Source: Vitrella brassicaformis CCMP3155
Taxonomy: Eukaryota; Protista; Chromerida
NCBI GenBank assembly: GCA_001179505.1
Contig: CDMY01000556.1
Span: 1 to 52,004 of the forward strand
Length of the DNA: 52,004 bases
Direction of reading: 5' to 3'
The notes beneath the pieces were generated by a model, which was not told the DNA's origin, made no database searches, and saw only the letters and a list, made by a program, of their open reading frames with translations. The stretch's first letter is position 1. The number at the start of each line of letters is the position of its first letter. Shown here piece after piece: positions 22,301 through 34,456 of the stretch. A program made the translations under genes and the position numbers.

Positions 22301-25300
22301 GACATGGGGTGTCTGTCGGTGAAGTACGCACAAGCCCTCACCCAGTAGAAGGCTTCCTCAGGGCTGGTGTCGCTCGAGCGCCGGAGACGGCCCAACAGGC
22401 TTTTGATCCCCCTGCTAACGCTGCTGGTGGCAACACTTGTCACTTCTTGTTGCAGCGCGTGGGTCTCCAAAGCTCGAAGACGGGATACCTGCATTGTTCA
22501 GGTACAACACATATTAGTTCATTCAGGAGAGCCTTTAAGGTCAGGTATCCATATATCCCGCACCTCTCGCGGTAGAATATTTAGGGCGAGTCCTTGATGG
22601 CTCATCCACAATGAGCACAGGCCCAGGAAGGGCGTGAAGGCGTCAAGGGCTGTTGATGGGATGGACAGTGGGCTCGTCTCGGCTTGATGCCGCAGTTCGT
22701 ACGTCGCTGACGCCCACTTGCCAGCTGTGACACGCTTCGCAGCCGGGGTCGCAGACTGCTCGTCAGCACACTTCCACTGGATGTCGCGCCGGGCGAAGGT
22801 GGGCTTGCTGGCAAAGAGGGACCGGAGGTCGCGGACATTCTTGGGGTCGATGTTTTCAATCAGCTCCATTTCAAGCGCGACTGTGGCACCGCTCATGCCA
22901 TCTCCGCTCAAGGGGGACGCATCGCTGTCGACCACAACATCGTCGGGGTTGGGACCGTCGTACAATTCGCCCACACGCGCCGATATGAACTTGCTCGAGC
23001 TCTGGAAGAGGATGGACTGGGCTCTCCGAGGCTTCTGCTCGCTATCCGAGAGCGCATGCTCGTCCGTGTCCGCACTCTCGATCACCAGCAGCTGCACCAG
23101 CGTCTGGTTGGTGTCCTTGTCCTTGATAAGTCGCACTCTGACGCTCTCCAGTGGCAGCATGTACCGCGGGCCTTCATATTCGATGAGTGGCAACAGCAGG
23201 CTTTCCGCACTGAAGCACACACATACAGGTGCAGCTCAATGTAAGTTATCGCCGTCACTCACAATTGACTCTCGGGGTGGATACACAGGGCGCGGCCCTT
23301 GTCCGTCAGCCAGAAGACATGTCTCGATTCCTCGAACAGATTAGTGGCCTCTGCTGAGATGGTGCCTGTCTGGATGGTGGCTTCAAAGTGCAGGTCGTAC
23401 CTACGTCACGGACAGGCCGAACACGACCGTGCTCTTGACATGCAGTGAGTGCCGACGGATGCACCTACCGCGGCATGAACAGCGCCTCGCGCTTGACCCT
23501 CTTGAGGTACACGGGCATGGAGCCAAGTGGAGGCGAATAGTTCGCGGGCTGGTTGGGCGATGGCACAGCACCACGCAGCTCAATATAGCGCGCAGCCAAG
23601 GCAACCTGGGCCGCCCTGTCACAAGTCGATCCACAACCGGAGATGACTAACGGAATTTGGGGCTTCCATCTTCGCATCCTTCACCTCATTTTCTTGAAGG
23701 CTTGGTTCTTCTCCTGTGCATCGAGAAGGGCGACAAACATGTACTTCTGCTGCATCAAATACTTCTGCTGCTTTTTGTAGATGCGCTTGAGCCGACGTTG
23801 CGCTCGACTACGACCACCAGCTGCAGACAGAATCGAAGACTCTAAGTAAGTCGATGAGATGCTTTGCTTGTGTCGCTGACTGGCCGTTTCCAAAAGGCTG
23901 TCAGCGATGTTTTGGTTCTTTTGCTGTTCAAACGCCTGCACCGCATGGGCGACCTGCATAACTTGAGGCCGCAGCTGCACTTCCTTGTCGACTGATAGCC
24001 CGTACAGCCGGAAGATGGGGCGTGCGAGAAGAGGAATCGTCCACTTGTCGTCGGTCTCCTTGCTGCCTTTGTTGCTCCGACGAGAAGCGCTGGATTTCCA
24101 AGACTGCTCGGTGCCTTTGTAGGTGGATGCAAGCGACGACCTCCGGTGGTTGTCTGACGAAGACGCAGAGGAAAGCGTGCGCTTGACGTTTACAGTTGAC
24201 GTCTCTTTACCTCCTAGTTGACCAGAGGTGATGCTCATGAGGATGTCTGGCGCTTCAGCCCCGTGCTGTGCCTCCTGCTGAATCTTCCGGGCTTCCCTGC
24301 CGCTCCTTCTGGCCACATTGCGCAGGGTGAGAAGAGAGGCTCCCAGCCTTGCCTGTACATCTCGATATTCTTTCTGTTGAACGCCTGAACGACACGGAAA
24401 GGGACACGGTTTCACTTAAAATGCACTCATGTGTTCGCCTCTAACGGTAGAATGGGACGAACTCTTCATTCCTGGCGGCGTCACGTTGCTTGAGCACGTC
24501 AGAAAAGCCCTTTGGGTGCTGCAGCCTTCGGGCAGCTATCATTGATCGCAGTGGAGTTCCTTCATCTTCCTCCTGATGATCCACAGCCATCGTGCGCCGC
24601 CCTTTGACAGCAGTACGCTATGTCTCTTACGTCTTTCTCTTTGTCTTTCCCTTCGCCCTCATTCTCAGCTTCGTGCGCCTTGTGTCGATCCCGCTTCCTC
24701 TTGTGGCGCTCGATGAGGAAGGCTAGCCACCCGAAGCAGCAGAAGAAACGTATTCTCCTCAAAATCCCCGAGATGTTGATGATAAGAGGCGCGACGAGAA
24801 TAAGGCCACCAAACCTGACAAGGGAAATGGACCATCACACGATGATACGCAGCGCCCATCCTTTGCTTCGTCCTTACAGCCGAAATGGTGGACACACCAT
24901 ACACATAAAGTCCATGTCCTTTCTCGGATCTACCAGACATAGACAAACGAGGCCAGGCGGATGCAACGTGCATTGCGGTGGATGCTGGTGTACATCTGTC
25001 CTGGAAGAAGAGACGCTTTCGCTTGTGCGGAGGCCGCCAATCGGTCCTGAAACGCGAAAACTAGTCCTATCTGCCTCCCTAACCGGCATCACGGACTACC
25101 TGTCTCTGTTGCAGAAGTGCACGAAGGGCAGCAGGAGGACCGAGAAGAAGATGAAATACTCGACCACGCGCACTGGCTTGTCAATTATGTCTTGCAGCAG
25201 ACTCACGGAGTCGCGCACTGTGTGAATGTTCGTGTCGTCAAATCGCTTGCTTGCTGTTGTCGCTGCCGCCGTGAACGAAGAGAGGTGGTCGCAGCCGCAT

Positions 25301-28300
25301 CGTACATGCGTCTCATTGCCTGGAAAACAAGCAGCCAACGCAGTTGAGGGTCAATCCAAGTGGAGCCGCTCACTGTCCAGCTTCCTGCATCCTTCGGCAG
25401 ACCACCCCCTGCTACTTGTGTCGAAGTACTCGCACAGCCACTCTTTCACCAGCGCAATGTACGATTCTGTGATGTTGAAGCACAGCTTTGTCGGGTCTCC
25501 GGCACACGGAAAAGAGCCCTCGGGCACTGGGGCAGCAAAAGACAAGACGGGCTCCTGCACATCGAGGTTCAGCTCAGGAGCACCGGGCAGGTGAAGCTGA
25601 AGTCGACACAGAGGAAGCACAGCACACCATCGTATGCACATCGAAATAACAAGGTCCTGACAATCGCGCGCACCTTCAGCAGGCTTTTGGCGCCTGCGAG
25701 TCGACGGAGCCGCCACGAATCGGGATCGGACACAATCGAGTCATGTACCGTCAACTCATCAGCCTCCAGTGCAGTCAGCTCTCGCTGATCTGTCGCATTG
25801 GCGAGCATCGGCGGCACTCTCAGGAAGAACTCTATGAGAGGTTCGCTGCCGTCGCCGGTCTTGGTCACCTCCAGGGGCTCGTTGCAGCAAATGAGCTCGA
25901 TTGTTGTCACCTCCGGCACTTGGCCGCTGTCACCGTTGTCGGCAGTGGTGGCGTATGAGAAGGGGCTGACAGGCCAAGTGAGGGAATAGACAGACGTCGG
26001 ACATGAACACAGGCTGGAACTCGACTGCAGACTGCGACCACTGCCACTCTTGATTGACATAGCCAAGCCGTGAGAAGTGTGCAGGCTTCCCTGACGGACA
26101 AATCGAAAAGACACTTGAAGTCGGCTATATTTCTTGTCACTCTGTGTCACTTACGTCCGCAAAGTGAAGTCCGCGTCCCTGAAAGTCGGCCACCTTCTTA
26201 ACTTTCAGGGTCAGGTTGCTGGTGCTGACGACGTCTTCATCCTCCTCCAGGGCCCTCTTGATGATGCTGTTGGCCACGTTCCTGACTGTGCCCTGCATCG
26301 CGCCAGAAACATCTTCGCTCGCTGCCTGATCCGTCCTGAGGAGCCCTGACATGGTGTCGAACATGTCGTGTCTCGCACTTTGCATGAAATCCTCGTCCGT
26401 CTCGCTGTCCACTATGCCGTTCACATGTGCCTTGGCCTGATTCAGCAAGGCCTGTGCCCTGAAGGATGCCAATATGAGTGTGTAGTGAAGGTTTCTGTGT
26501 CTGTCTCTGCTCCGTACCCTTTGACCATCTGCGCTGATGAAAGTCTGCCTGCTAGGGGGAGGTCTGCGAACAGCTCTCTCATACTCAGCGCGATGGTACT
26601 AAGCTCCTCTGCTGACTGCGTATTTGTGAACACCGGCAGGCTCTGCACGCATTATGACACGTTATCTCTGCGGGGCATTTCTCAGTTTTGGGCGTACGTA
26701 TATGTCAAGTATAGCATCCAAGGCGCTGGTGACCTCGTTCTCCTGGCCTCCTCCGTGGGTCGTGTGGGCGACGGAATATGCGGCGACGGTCGCTGCACCC
26801 GTTATTTGAGTGACGTCCGCACTCCGCGAAGCAATCTGGACAGCGAATATCATCGTGATGACATTTTTGCCTTAGCAGTATCTACGGACTAAATTGTCAC
26901 CTGTGCGATGGCCTGTACACCGTCGCTGACTGCCGACGCTGTGGGGGTAACCTCAATGGTCACTGAAGGGCAGGCGAGTCCGCTCGTAGCGGTGCCCACA
27001 TCCGGCTCATGCGTGAGGCACTGGAAGCCGTACGTGTCTCGAACAACTCCATACACTCGCCACTGTCCCGGAGGCAGCACAGCCTCACACCTGAGCCCGC
27101 CTTCGAGAGAAGTCCTGAATGGGCACAGCGGTCTGGCGGCTGCTGCTCCGCTTGGAGGCGACCGATAGAAGGCGAAGCGCTGCATGTCAGAAACGTAAGA
27201 CCGAGACGGAGGATTGGGAGCCATGCTATCGTTGTCTCACTTACGAGTGCCTTCGTGTCGCTGTCGTCCATCCATCCATTTTGCTCGAAGACGACGCTCT
27301 GAGAGGACAAAACTTCGGTAAACGACGCCGTCACTTCGCCACCAAAAGGCGGCCGGTCAATGGTGAAGGCGTCCGAGTAGATCGTGCGCGGCGAGGTGCC
27401 CCTTTCTTGATGAATTGTCACAACGCCCTTGATCTGATAGGCATGATCCACTTCGAGACCGATTGGGCTGACCGAGAAACCAGCAAAAGTCGTCGTGACC
27501 GCGGCATCGCCTGCACGTTGATGGCGCACAACTTTCTGGCTCTCAAGGGCTGTCAGATTCCGAATGACTCCTCCTGGGACACTCTTGTCGTGCGCGTCGG
27601 CAGGAACGATTGACCATTGAACTGTCAGTGTGGCACTGCCCGTTAAGCCCTCGTGACATGCTGAACCCGGGCTTTGCGCATCTTGCTCAGAAAAGGCAGC
27701 CGAGTCGAAGATTGCGGCTTCGATGGTCCGTGTTGCCGAGGCGCTGCAGGGGAGACAGCACACAGGGATAAGCAGATGCCTGCCTGAAAGGTCCAGAGAC
27801 ACTCACCTCGAAGGGATGCGAGAGAAGGCAATGATCGGATATTGCATTTGATCGACCGAAAGCACTGTGACCTTCTTAGCAGCCGTAGCTTGTTCAGATA
27901 TCTCTGTAGGGCCATCCTGGAGTGAAGCGGTCACACGAAAGTAGTAAACTCCTGGAGACAGCGTGTCTCCCTCAATTGTCCGCACGTCGATGTTCTCCTT
28001 GGCGATCGAGCTGGTATACGACTGACTCAACTCCTCGCCGCCACACCCATCCAGGAAGCTTGTGGCCTGATCCTTGTCGGTCACGAGCAGAGACACGAGC
28101 TCCTGCTCGTCCACTGTTGCTCCTTCTTTTAGCCGATAGCAGCTCCAGTCGAAGACAATGATCGCATCAGCCGACGCCGGAATCCATGTGACAAGAGCGA
28201 CCGCCCTCAGCGGCAGGGGGCATGAGGAGGAACTTAAGTGCGGTGCAGAAATGCTCAGCCCCGGGGCTCGATACTTGTCAAACTTCACGTCGAACTTCAT

Positions 28301-31300
28301 ATCCACCGCCGAGTCTGGCTGGTTGCTGTATGAGACGCGAGCGATAAATGCGTAGGTCGAGAGCGGCGGAAAGGTGTTGGGAGGGAGGGACAACATGAGC
28401 TGGGCCCCGCTGGAGTCACTGCTGGACTTGCGGTTGAATACGTCACCCACTGACTCTTCGTAGGGCCACTCCACAACGATGCTCCGTGACGTGGAAGCGG
28501 GAGCTGTCCCGCCTGATGTGCACCTCTCATCCAGGCGCCCCTCGTCCTCCACAACAATCCTCAGCCGAAGAGGAGCATCAACCTGAATGAAGTAAAACGT
28601 CCAGTCCTCTGTGTTCGCAGGAACAGTGCTTTGTCTCTTGTACCCTCTGAGTCATGACAGCTGGCGTTTCGGGTGCAGGGGACACAACTGGAAAAGAGAC
28701 GTTTGTTGCCAGATTAAGCCTGCTCTCGATTGTCCTTGAAACTTCTGAGCCCAGGAAGTTGCGAAGCACGAGCTTGAATGTGAAAGTCGCTTCCTGCGCG
28801 TCACTTGAATGGGTCTGATCCGTGTCCAGGGCCTCCCAAATATATGCAGGCTCGACGACGAGCGTCAATGTTGAGGATGTGACATTGAGTGGTCCTTTGA
28901 CGGGGCCTGGCGAACAGTCGCATAAAAGAGTGAATGCAGAAGATGCAGAAGGTCTTGTGGTGTTTCGTATGTAGTCTGACCTTCTGTGGTCCCATTGATG
29001 TGCTGGTTGAGATAGCTGCATGCCTGTTGAGGACTAATACAGCTCCACGTCGCTTCAATATGCCTTCCGAGTCCCCCGTCCAGGTTCACATTGATCACAA
29101 GCGGATGACAGATGGAATGGACAGGCTGCTTCACGACCACGGCAGTCGGGCTGGGGGTTTCTAAAACATCGTTGCTGATCCCGATCGGCTGGCTGGCACC
29201 CGCCAGAAACCAGCCGTCGGGGATCGTCGATGGAGACAGCTGCAAGGACTCAGCTCGAAACAGCGTCTTGTTCTGGATCGCGATGAGGTCTGCGAGGCCG
29301 GCTGTTGGATTGTGGCCAAGGGAGATCCTGATGACGCGCGCCGAATCGGCAGTGCAGGTCGGCGCGCTGCCCAACAGCATTCGACTCTCTGGTGTGAAGA
29401 CGTCGCACAGATCCAGCGTCGTCTCTTCAAGGGTGGCGAGAGACATGGCCTGCTGGTCAGAGACAGCCACATCTGCCGCGAAGACCGCCAAGATGGATGA
29501 GAAGCCGTCCTGATACTCAGCCGACAACAGCTCCGGCGGACCAAGCTCTCCGCACACAGACGGCTGCAACCCTGCAAAAGGAAAGACTTGCTGTGAGTGT
29601 GGGGAGGGTGTGCATCTTTACCAGGCTGACAACCGATGACTGGTTCGCCAGCAAGCTCGACCGTGTCGCTTTCGCAGGAAACTGGCGTAGCGCACTTGAC
29701 GAGCAGCTCGCTTGGAGGGACATGGACACCCTGCTTGCAGAGGTGCCAAGTGTCGTTCCATGAAAGATGCTCTTCCAGCTTCGCCAGAAGGTCACAGAGG
29801 GAGCCCTCTCTGCAGATAGATCGCCCATTATCGTCGGTCTCGCACACCCAGCGGTCCTCTACCATGCACTGCGCATCACATCCGTCGCCCGTCTCCTCAT
29901 TGCCTGCATACGTACGAAATGCCCTGATGGCATAGATGGCATATGCCAATCGCATTTTCTCCCCTCACCGTCGTCGCACTGCTCATCTGCCGTGACAATA
30001 CCGTTGCCGCAGACCGTAGTCTGTCCACAAAGACGCACAAGGCAACCTGTCAATGCCATTATTGTTCTGCCGCGTTGCGCATAGCTCTTACGCAGTTGTA
30101 CGTCGGGGGAACTGTGGGTAGCATCACGCAGTCATAGCCGTGGCTGCAATCCTCGAAGCAGCCCGGACCTGTACACACATGCATGAGCAGATCTGAATGA
30201 GACTCCGGGCGTGTCTCCGCGACATGCAATCCTTGCGGCAAACATACGGTATGTGACGGTAAGTATATTGGATGGTCCATTCTCGTTTCCGGCCAAGTCC
30301 ATTGCCGCTCCGGGCTTGATCTGGATGCTGAAGGTCCCCGAGCTGGCGAACCGCACCTCCAGGCGATATTCGTTTTCGGAGCCGCCGGACGGTGGAGACT
30401 GTGGTGTATCATCATCGGGACATCCGGACCCATAGCATGTGCACACGCCATTGATGCAGATCACGCTCGCCAAGCTCCTCCTTGCGCTTGGAGAAGATGG
30501 AGTGAGGGACAGATAGACAAAGCCTTGAAGGGTTAGCTGTGTGGCTAAGGCGGCCGAGTCGATGACCACTGGCTCGTCGAAGGACAGCAGCAAGGTCACG
30601 TCGGCTGAGACAGAGGAGTTGTCCGTCGGTCGAATGTTTGACCCTGTGGTGTCGAGCATGATGATAGGTGTTGGCGGCACCGTATCTGACGAAAAAGCGA
30701 GAGGCACACACCGACTGCCATGTCTCCGCTAAGACAGCCAATGCTTGGGTGCTTACCTGCAATGAAGCGCAGTTGCAGAGTGTTGCTTGTAATCACTGTC
30801 CCCACATCGACGGTCGCATAGACATCGAGTGTCCGTGCAGTGGCCGACGTCAGCTGGAACGTCGCCATGCCTTTGAACAGCGTGAGATCCGTTCCACACA
30901 CACCTTCAGTCACGGGCGAGCCACCAGCGCTGCAATGGACGGCGAAGCTGTCGTAAGAGCCTATCACTGTCGACCCCTGGCTGTCAGTAGCTTGAACAGT
31001 GATGTCTGCATCGCTGTTCGTCGCGTAGTCCGTCTGAGAAGCTGCCAACACCAGTGCAGCTACCGGACTAATGACAGTGACATTGACGCTTATCGCAACG
31101 ATGGGCGGAGAATTGCAACTCCCCCCGACGGTCACAGTGCCGCCTGTGGCAAAGCTGCGAGCGACGAACTTCTGGCTCTCGTTGCCGAAGGCGATGAGGT
31201 CCGTCTCAGAGCCGCTCGGCCCGTCGAAAGTGACAACCCCGCCGCTGATGATTCTTGCAGGGCTTCCGGTGCTGTCTTCGATTGACACCGTCACCGTAAG

Positions 31301-32287
31301 CATGTCGTTGACTGGAAGGGACAGCTGGTCGGGCGTCAGAATCATTACTAAAAACAACCAGGAAACCAGACAATCTCATTTCGTCGATGTAGCTTCATGC
31401 ATCAGACCTGGATAACATTCGACTTCGATGGGGTACGCAATGAGGGATGGTCCAGTCGCTCCGATGGTTACGACACCGGGTTGCACCAGCGTATGAGTGC
31501 TCAACGCATGGCTCACACCATCGAGCGTGAGGTCAGTCGTCTCGATGGTCGAGCCGTCCATCTCGAGAGTCAGTGTGACGATTACCTGCCCGCTGATGAC
31601 CACCGAGGCGTTGTAGACGTCTGTGATCGATACATTGAGAGTCAGGGTGCCGCCGGTCGTTACCCAAGCTGCGTCGGGGGACAGTGCAATCAGTGTCGGA
31701 ATTCCTGCATAGAAAATGAGATCATTGCATGAAACCGGGAGCCTGCCGGCCGATGCCCTGGTCGTCACCTGGCAATGGATAGCATTCGTTGACGTTAACG
31801 GAAGGCTCAACATGGGTAAGAGGGGTACGATGGATCTCGCACCGTGAGTCATCTGGATACTTCTTCACTTCAAAGCCCACACATTGAGGATCTGCGGCAC
31901 CTGCACACACACAAGGGAGCGGCAAACAACGGGTATATTCGTAGGCGGTGTCTTTTTGTCTTTTTAAGCAACTCACACATGTCCGAGCAAAGCGTCCGTC
32001 GTTGTAGAGTGGAAACGTTGGCGTTGATATGCAGGGTATAGTCGCCACCGGAGCTCCCACACGTGCTGCACCGGCAGGCTCCATCGCCCAGAGGAGGGCC
32101 TGCCAGTGGATACGTTGATCCGAACCAAGCAAGGATCAATAGCACTCATGCATCGTGCGGCTTCGTTCTGTGGCCATCGCGGCTCACCAGCCGTGAGATC
32201 AAACCCCCAATGGCGTGCCAGCAACGGGGAAAGGAGGGCGATGATGAGCAGCCCTCGTGAGAAAGGCCAGGTAGTGCACAAAGTCAT
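19351..32287 (-). CDS. Polycystin-1-like (REJ-GAIN/GPS, multi-TM) cell-surface receptor with PAN/apple-like, Ig-like and Cys-rich (Myxococcus-type) ectodomain modules
   Basis: Signal peptide MTLCTTWPFSRGLLIIALLSPLLA (ATG 32287). PAN-like TLCSDMCAADPQCVGF...CEIH...ECY. Beta-rich Ig-like exons 31730-30250 (AMDLAGN). CGNGIVTADEQCDDGNEETGDGCDAQC. REJ-like segments (GGLGRHIEATWSC, FDWSC, IDRPPFGGEV...GWMD, VYGVVRDTYG). GPS CEYF...WSAEGC...CGCDHLSSF. TM1 VEYFIFFSVLLLPFV, a long cytoplasmic region, further TMs (QRYLIEFSSIVTELFFSALFF; HVLFSSLWSIVLAVPIPLFL; IIGGTIVSLWDAFCIYFILLFIL), acidic tail, and stop at 19351-19353. Not all of the many exon junctions were verified. Confidence 0.78.
25272..25436 (-). 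other. GPS autoproteolysis motif (HL|S)
   Basis: Spliced LCEYFDTSSRGWSAEGC...GNETHVRCGCDHLSSF fits the C-x2-W/F...W-x4-C...C-x-C-x-H-L-[ST] consensus. Confidence 0.85.
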
Positions 32288-32573
32288 GGCTCCGCGCGGG
32301 AGAGAAGGGGAGAGAGGGGAAAATGATGATAGAGCTCGCAAAAGGAGCGATCGACGATCGCACCAGGGGATCTGGAGGATATCAAGCCCCTTCCTCACAC
32401 TATGTGTGCAGCATGCAGAGAAAAGGCGGCTTTGGAAATCTTGAGTAGCCGTCTCATTGTCTCGCCGACAAAGCCACTTTCAATAGATGCAGCCACATAA
32501 ATGGTCGATGGGCCATTGCAACTCAACCCAACCACATGCATGTACCATGGCACCCTTGTCCACATGCACTCAT

Positions 32574-34323
32574 TCAGTTGTCTGGCGGCTTGTAGAACAT
32601 CTCGGCGTACTGTGTCCTGAATGCGTGCATGATGATGCCCCCCGCCACCCCCACATTGAGCGAATCCATCAGCTCACTCATCGGCAAGGCCACCCTGACA
32701 CCACACACACACACACACACACACACACGCATACACAGAGAGAGAGAGAGAGATCTATACGTGTGTGTGTGTCGGTACAACCCATTTCTGGCCAGGGCGT
32801 CGCTTGCTCACTTGGCGCAATTGTTGAGTAGCAACTCTGAGGGCCCCGCTGATTCGTTGCCCAGAATGACGCACACGCCCCTGTAATGCGGGGGGACTGA
32901 CAACAGACAACAACAACACCAACAAACACATATGATCAGTGCAGTGCCCTCCCTTCAAGTGCGCCGCGCCCTGTGTGTGTGTTCAGGTTCCTTCCGCCTC
33001 CATCCCATCCACCCACTTGGTATCTCTTGAGGCGGTCTTCCCTGAACGTGTGCGACGAGGGGCAGGAGCTGCTCCTGTCGGCAGACGTCCAACAGCTGCC
33101 CACTCGTACCTGCACAGCACACGTGAGTGACATGAATGACACGTGCGGTGGGATGCGATGCGATGCGTGCGTCATGTCATGTCATGTCATGTATGTGCAA
33201 ACGTCGGTCGCATCGCTCGCTCACCTTTCATGTAGGGCATCAGGAACGCAGTGGCCTGGCTGGACTCCTGTAAACAGCCACACAGAGACAGACAACAGAC
33301 ACAAACCGCACACACATGTCACTAATTGGGCATCCCATGCCCTTCCCTGTTTGCTCGACAACTCACAAGGACTCTGTTGTTGAATGGGTCGGCGGTGCCG
33401 TCGACGAAGAAGAGCCCGTCGTAGCCAAGGGCAGCAGCGTTGGTCAGCAACAGACCCAGGTTGTGCACGTAACGAACACGGTCAAATGCCACCAGATACC
33501 TGCACACACACACGCACGCCGACACATGCGCCGCAGAGTGCACACACATGCCCGCACCGCATCCCCTGCTCTCTGTGCCGGCCGACCGAGGGCTGTCGAA
33601 CTGCTCCACAGGGAGCGGCATGGTCATCTCGCCCACACACGCGGTCTCCCGCTCGCTGTCGGTGCAGCAGATCCACTCCAGCAGCGACCTCTCCACCACA
33701 TAGATCAGCCGTGCGGCCCGCCGCGCCCTCAGCCGCTCAGCCAGACCCCTGTCGCTCGTCAGAACCATCCTGAAGGGAAATGGCAGGCCGATCTGGCACA
33801 CGCGGTCGCTCTCCGCCCCTGTCAACTGGCCTTCATTCTCCCCCAGCCGGCCTTCCCTCTGGGCAAAGTAGATCCGGTCGTCGTTGATGGCTTCCGCGAG
33901 GCTGGTCACGAGCTGCTCGCCCTTGACGATCAGCCTCCCACATGTGTGTCGGTAGTTGGTCTTGCGCTTGAGGCGCATGAGGTGCCTGACGAGGCGGCTC
34001 TTCTTGTGGAAGTGCTTGGTCATGACTATCGACGCGCCCAGCGACTCGCTGTCCGGCACTTTGCCGGTGTCATCGATGCGGAAGCGGCAGAGGTCCGCGC
34101 GGCGGTGCTTGATGGCCGAGTGGGATGGCAGCCAATCCAGCGGCCGTGATGCTGATGATGACATTGAGATAACGTCTGCGTCTGGAGCCTGTGATGATTG
34201 CGCCGGATCGGCCTGTGCGGTGAAGAACCTCCGCCGAATGGCGACGCAATCGGCTGTTGCGGTGATGGGGATGCAGGGTGGATGAATAAGAGCAGCTCCT
34301 CGAAGCGGTTGAAGCCTCCCCAT
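32574..34323 (-). CDS. SpoU/TrmH-family (SPOUT) RNA 2'-O-methyltransferase-like protein, MRM3/TsnR-like, putative mitochondrial presequence
   Basis: N-domain KSRLVRHLMRLKRK..R...GRLIVKG; motif 1 VHNLGLLLTNAAALG...GTADPFN; motif 2 VILGNESAGPS; motif 3 LPMSELMDSLNVGVAGGI; stop at 32574-32576. The ORF extends upstream to 34458/34500, but MGRLQPLRG (34323) is the likelier start. Confidence 0.85.
32701..32772. repeat. Intronic compound microsatellite (CA)n(GA)n(TG)n, representative of many in the window
   Basis: Directly visible. Similar tracts occur at ~18800-18830, 35325-35365, 43830-43940 and 50455-50505. Confidence 0.9.
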
Positions 34324-34456
34324 CGAAGATCTTGAGGAAGGAAAGGAGAATCCCTGCCAGTGGGCATTAGGCTCGCACCGCCCCCCGCTGCCCCCAGTCT
34401 CGCCCCCATTGCAGATTGTCTCGGTTGGACGAGGCAGAAGCTCCGAAGGCATCGCC

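Noticed and set aside
23616-23684. In-frame TGA (23681-23683) between two same-frame ORFs of the GPS receptor, suggesting readthrough or recoding
   Set aside because: A 69-nt GT...AG intron (23684-23616, minus strand) removes it and gives KKMR-AAQVALAARY in frame.
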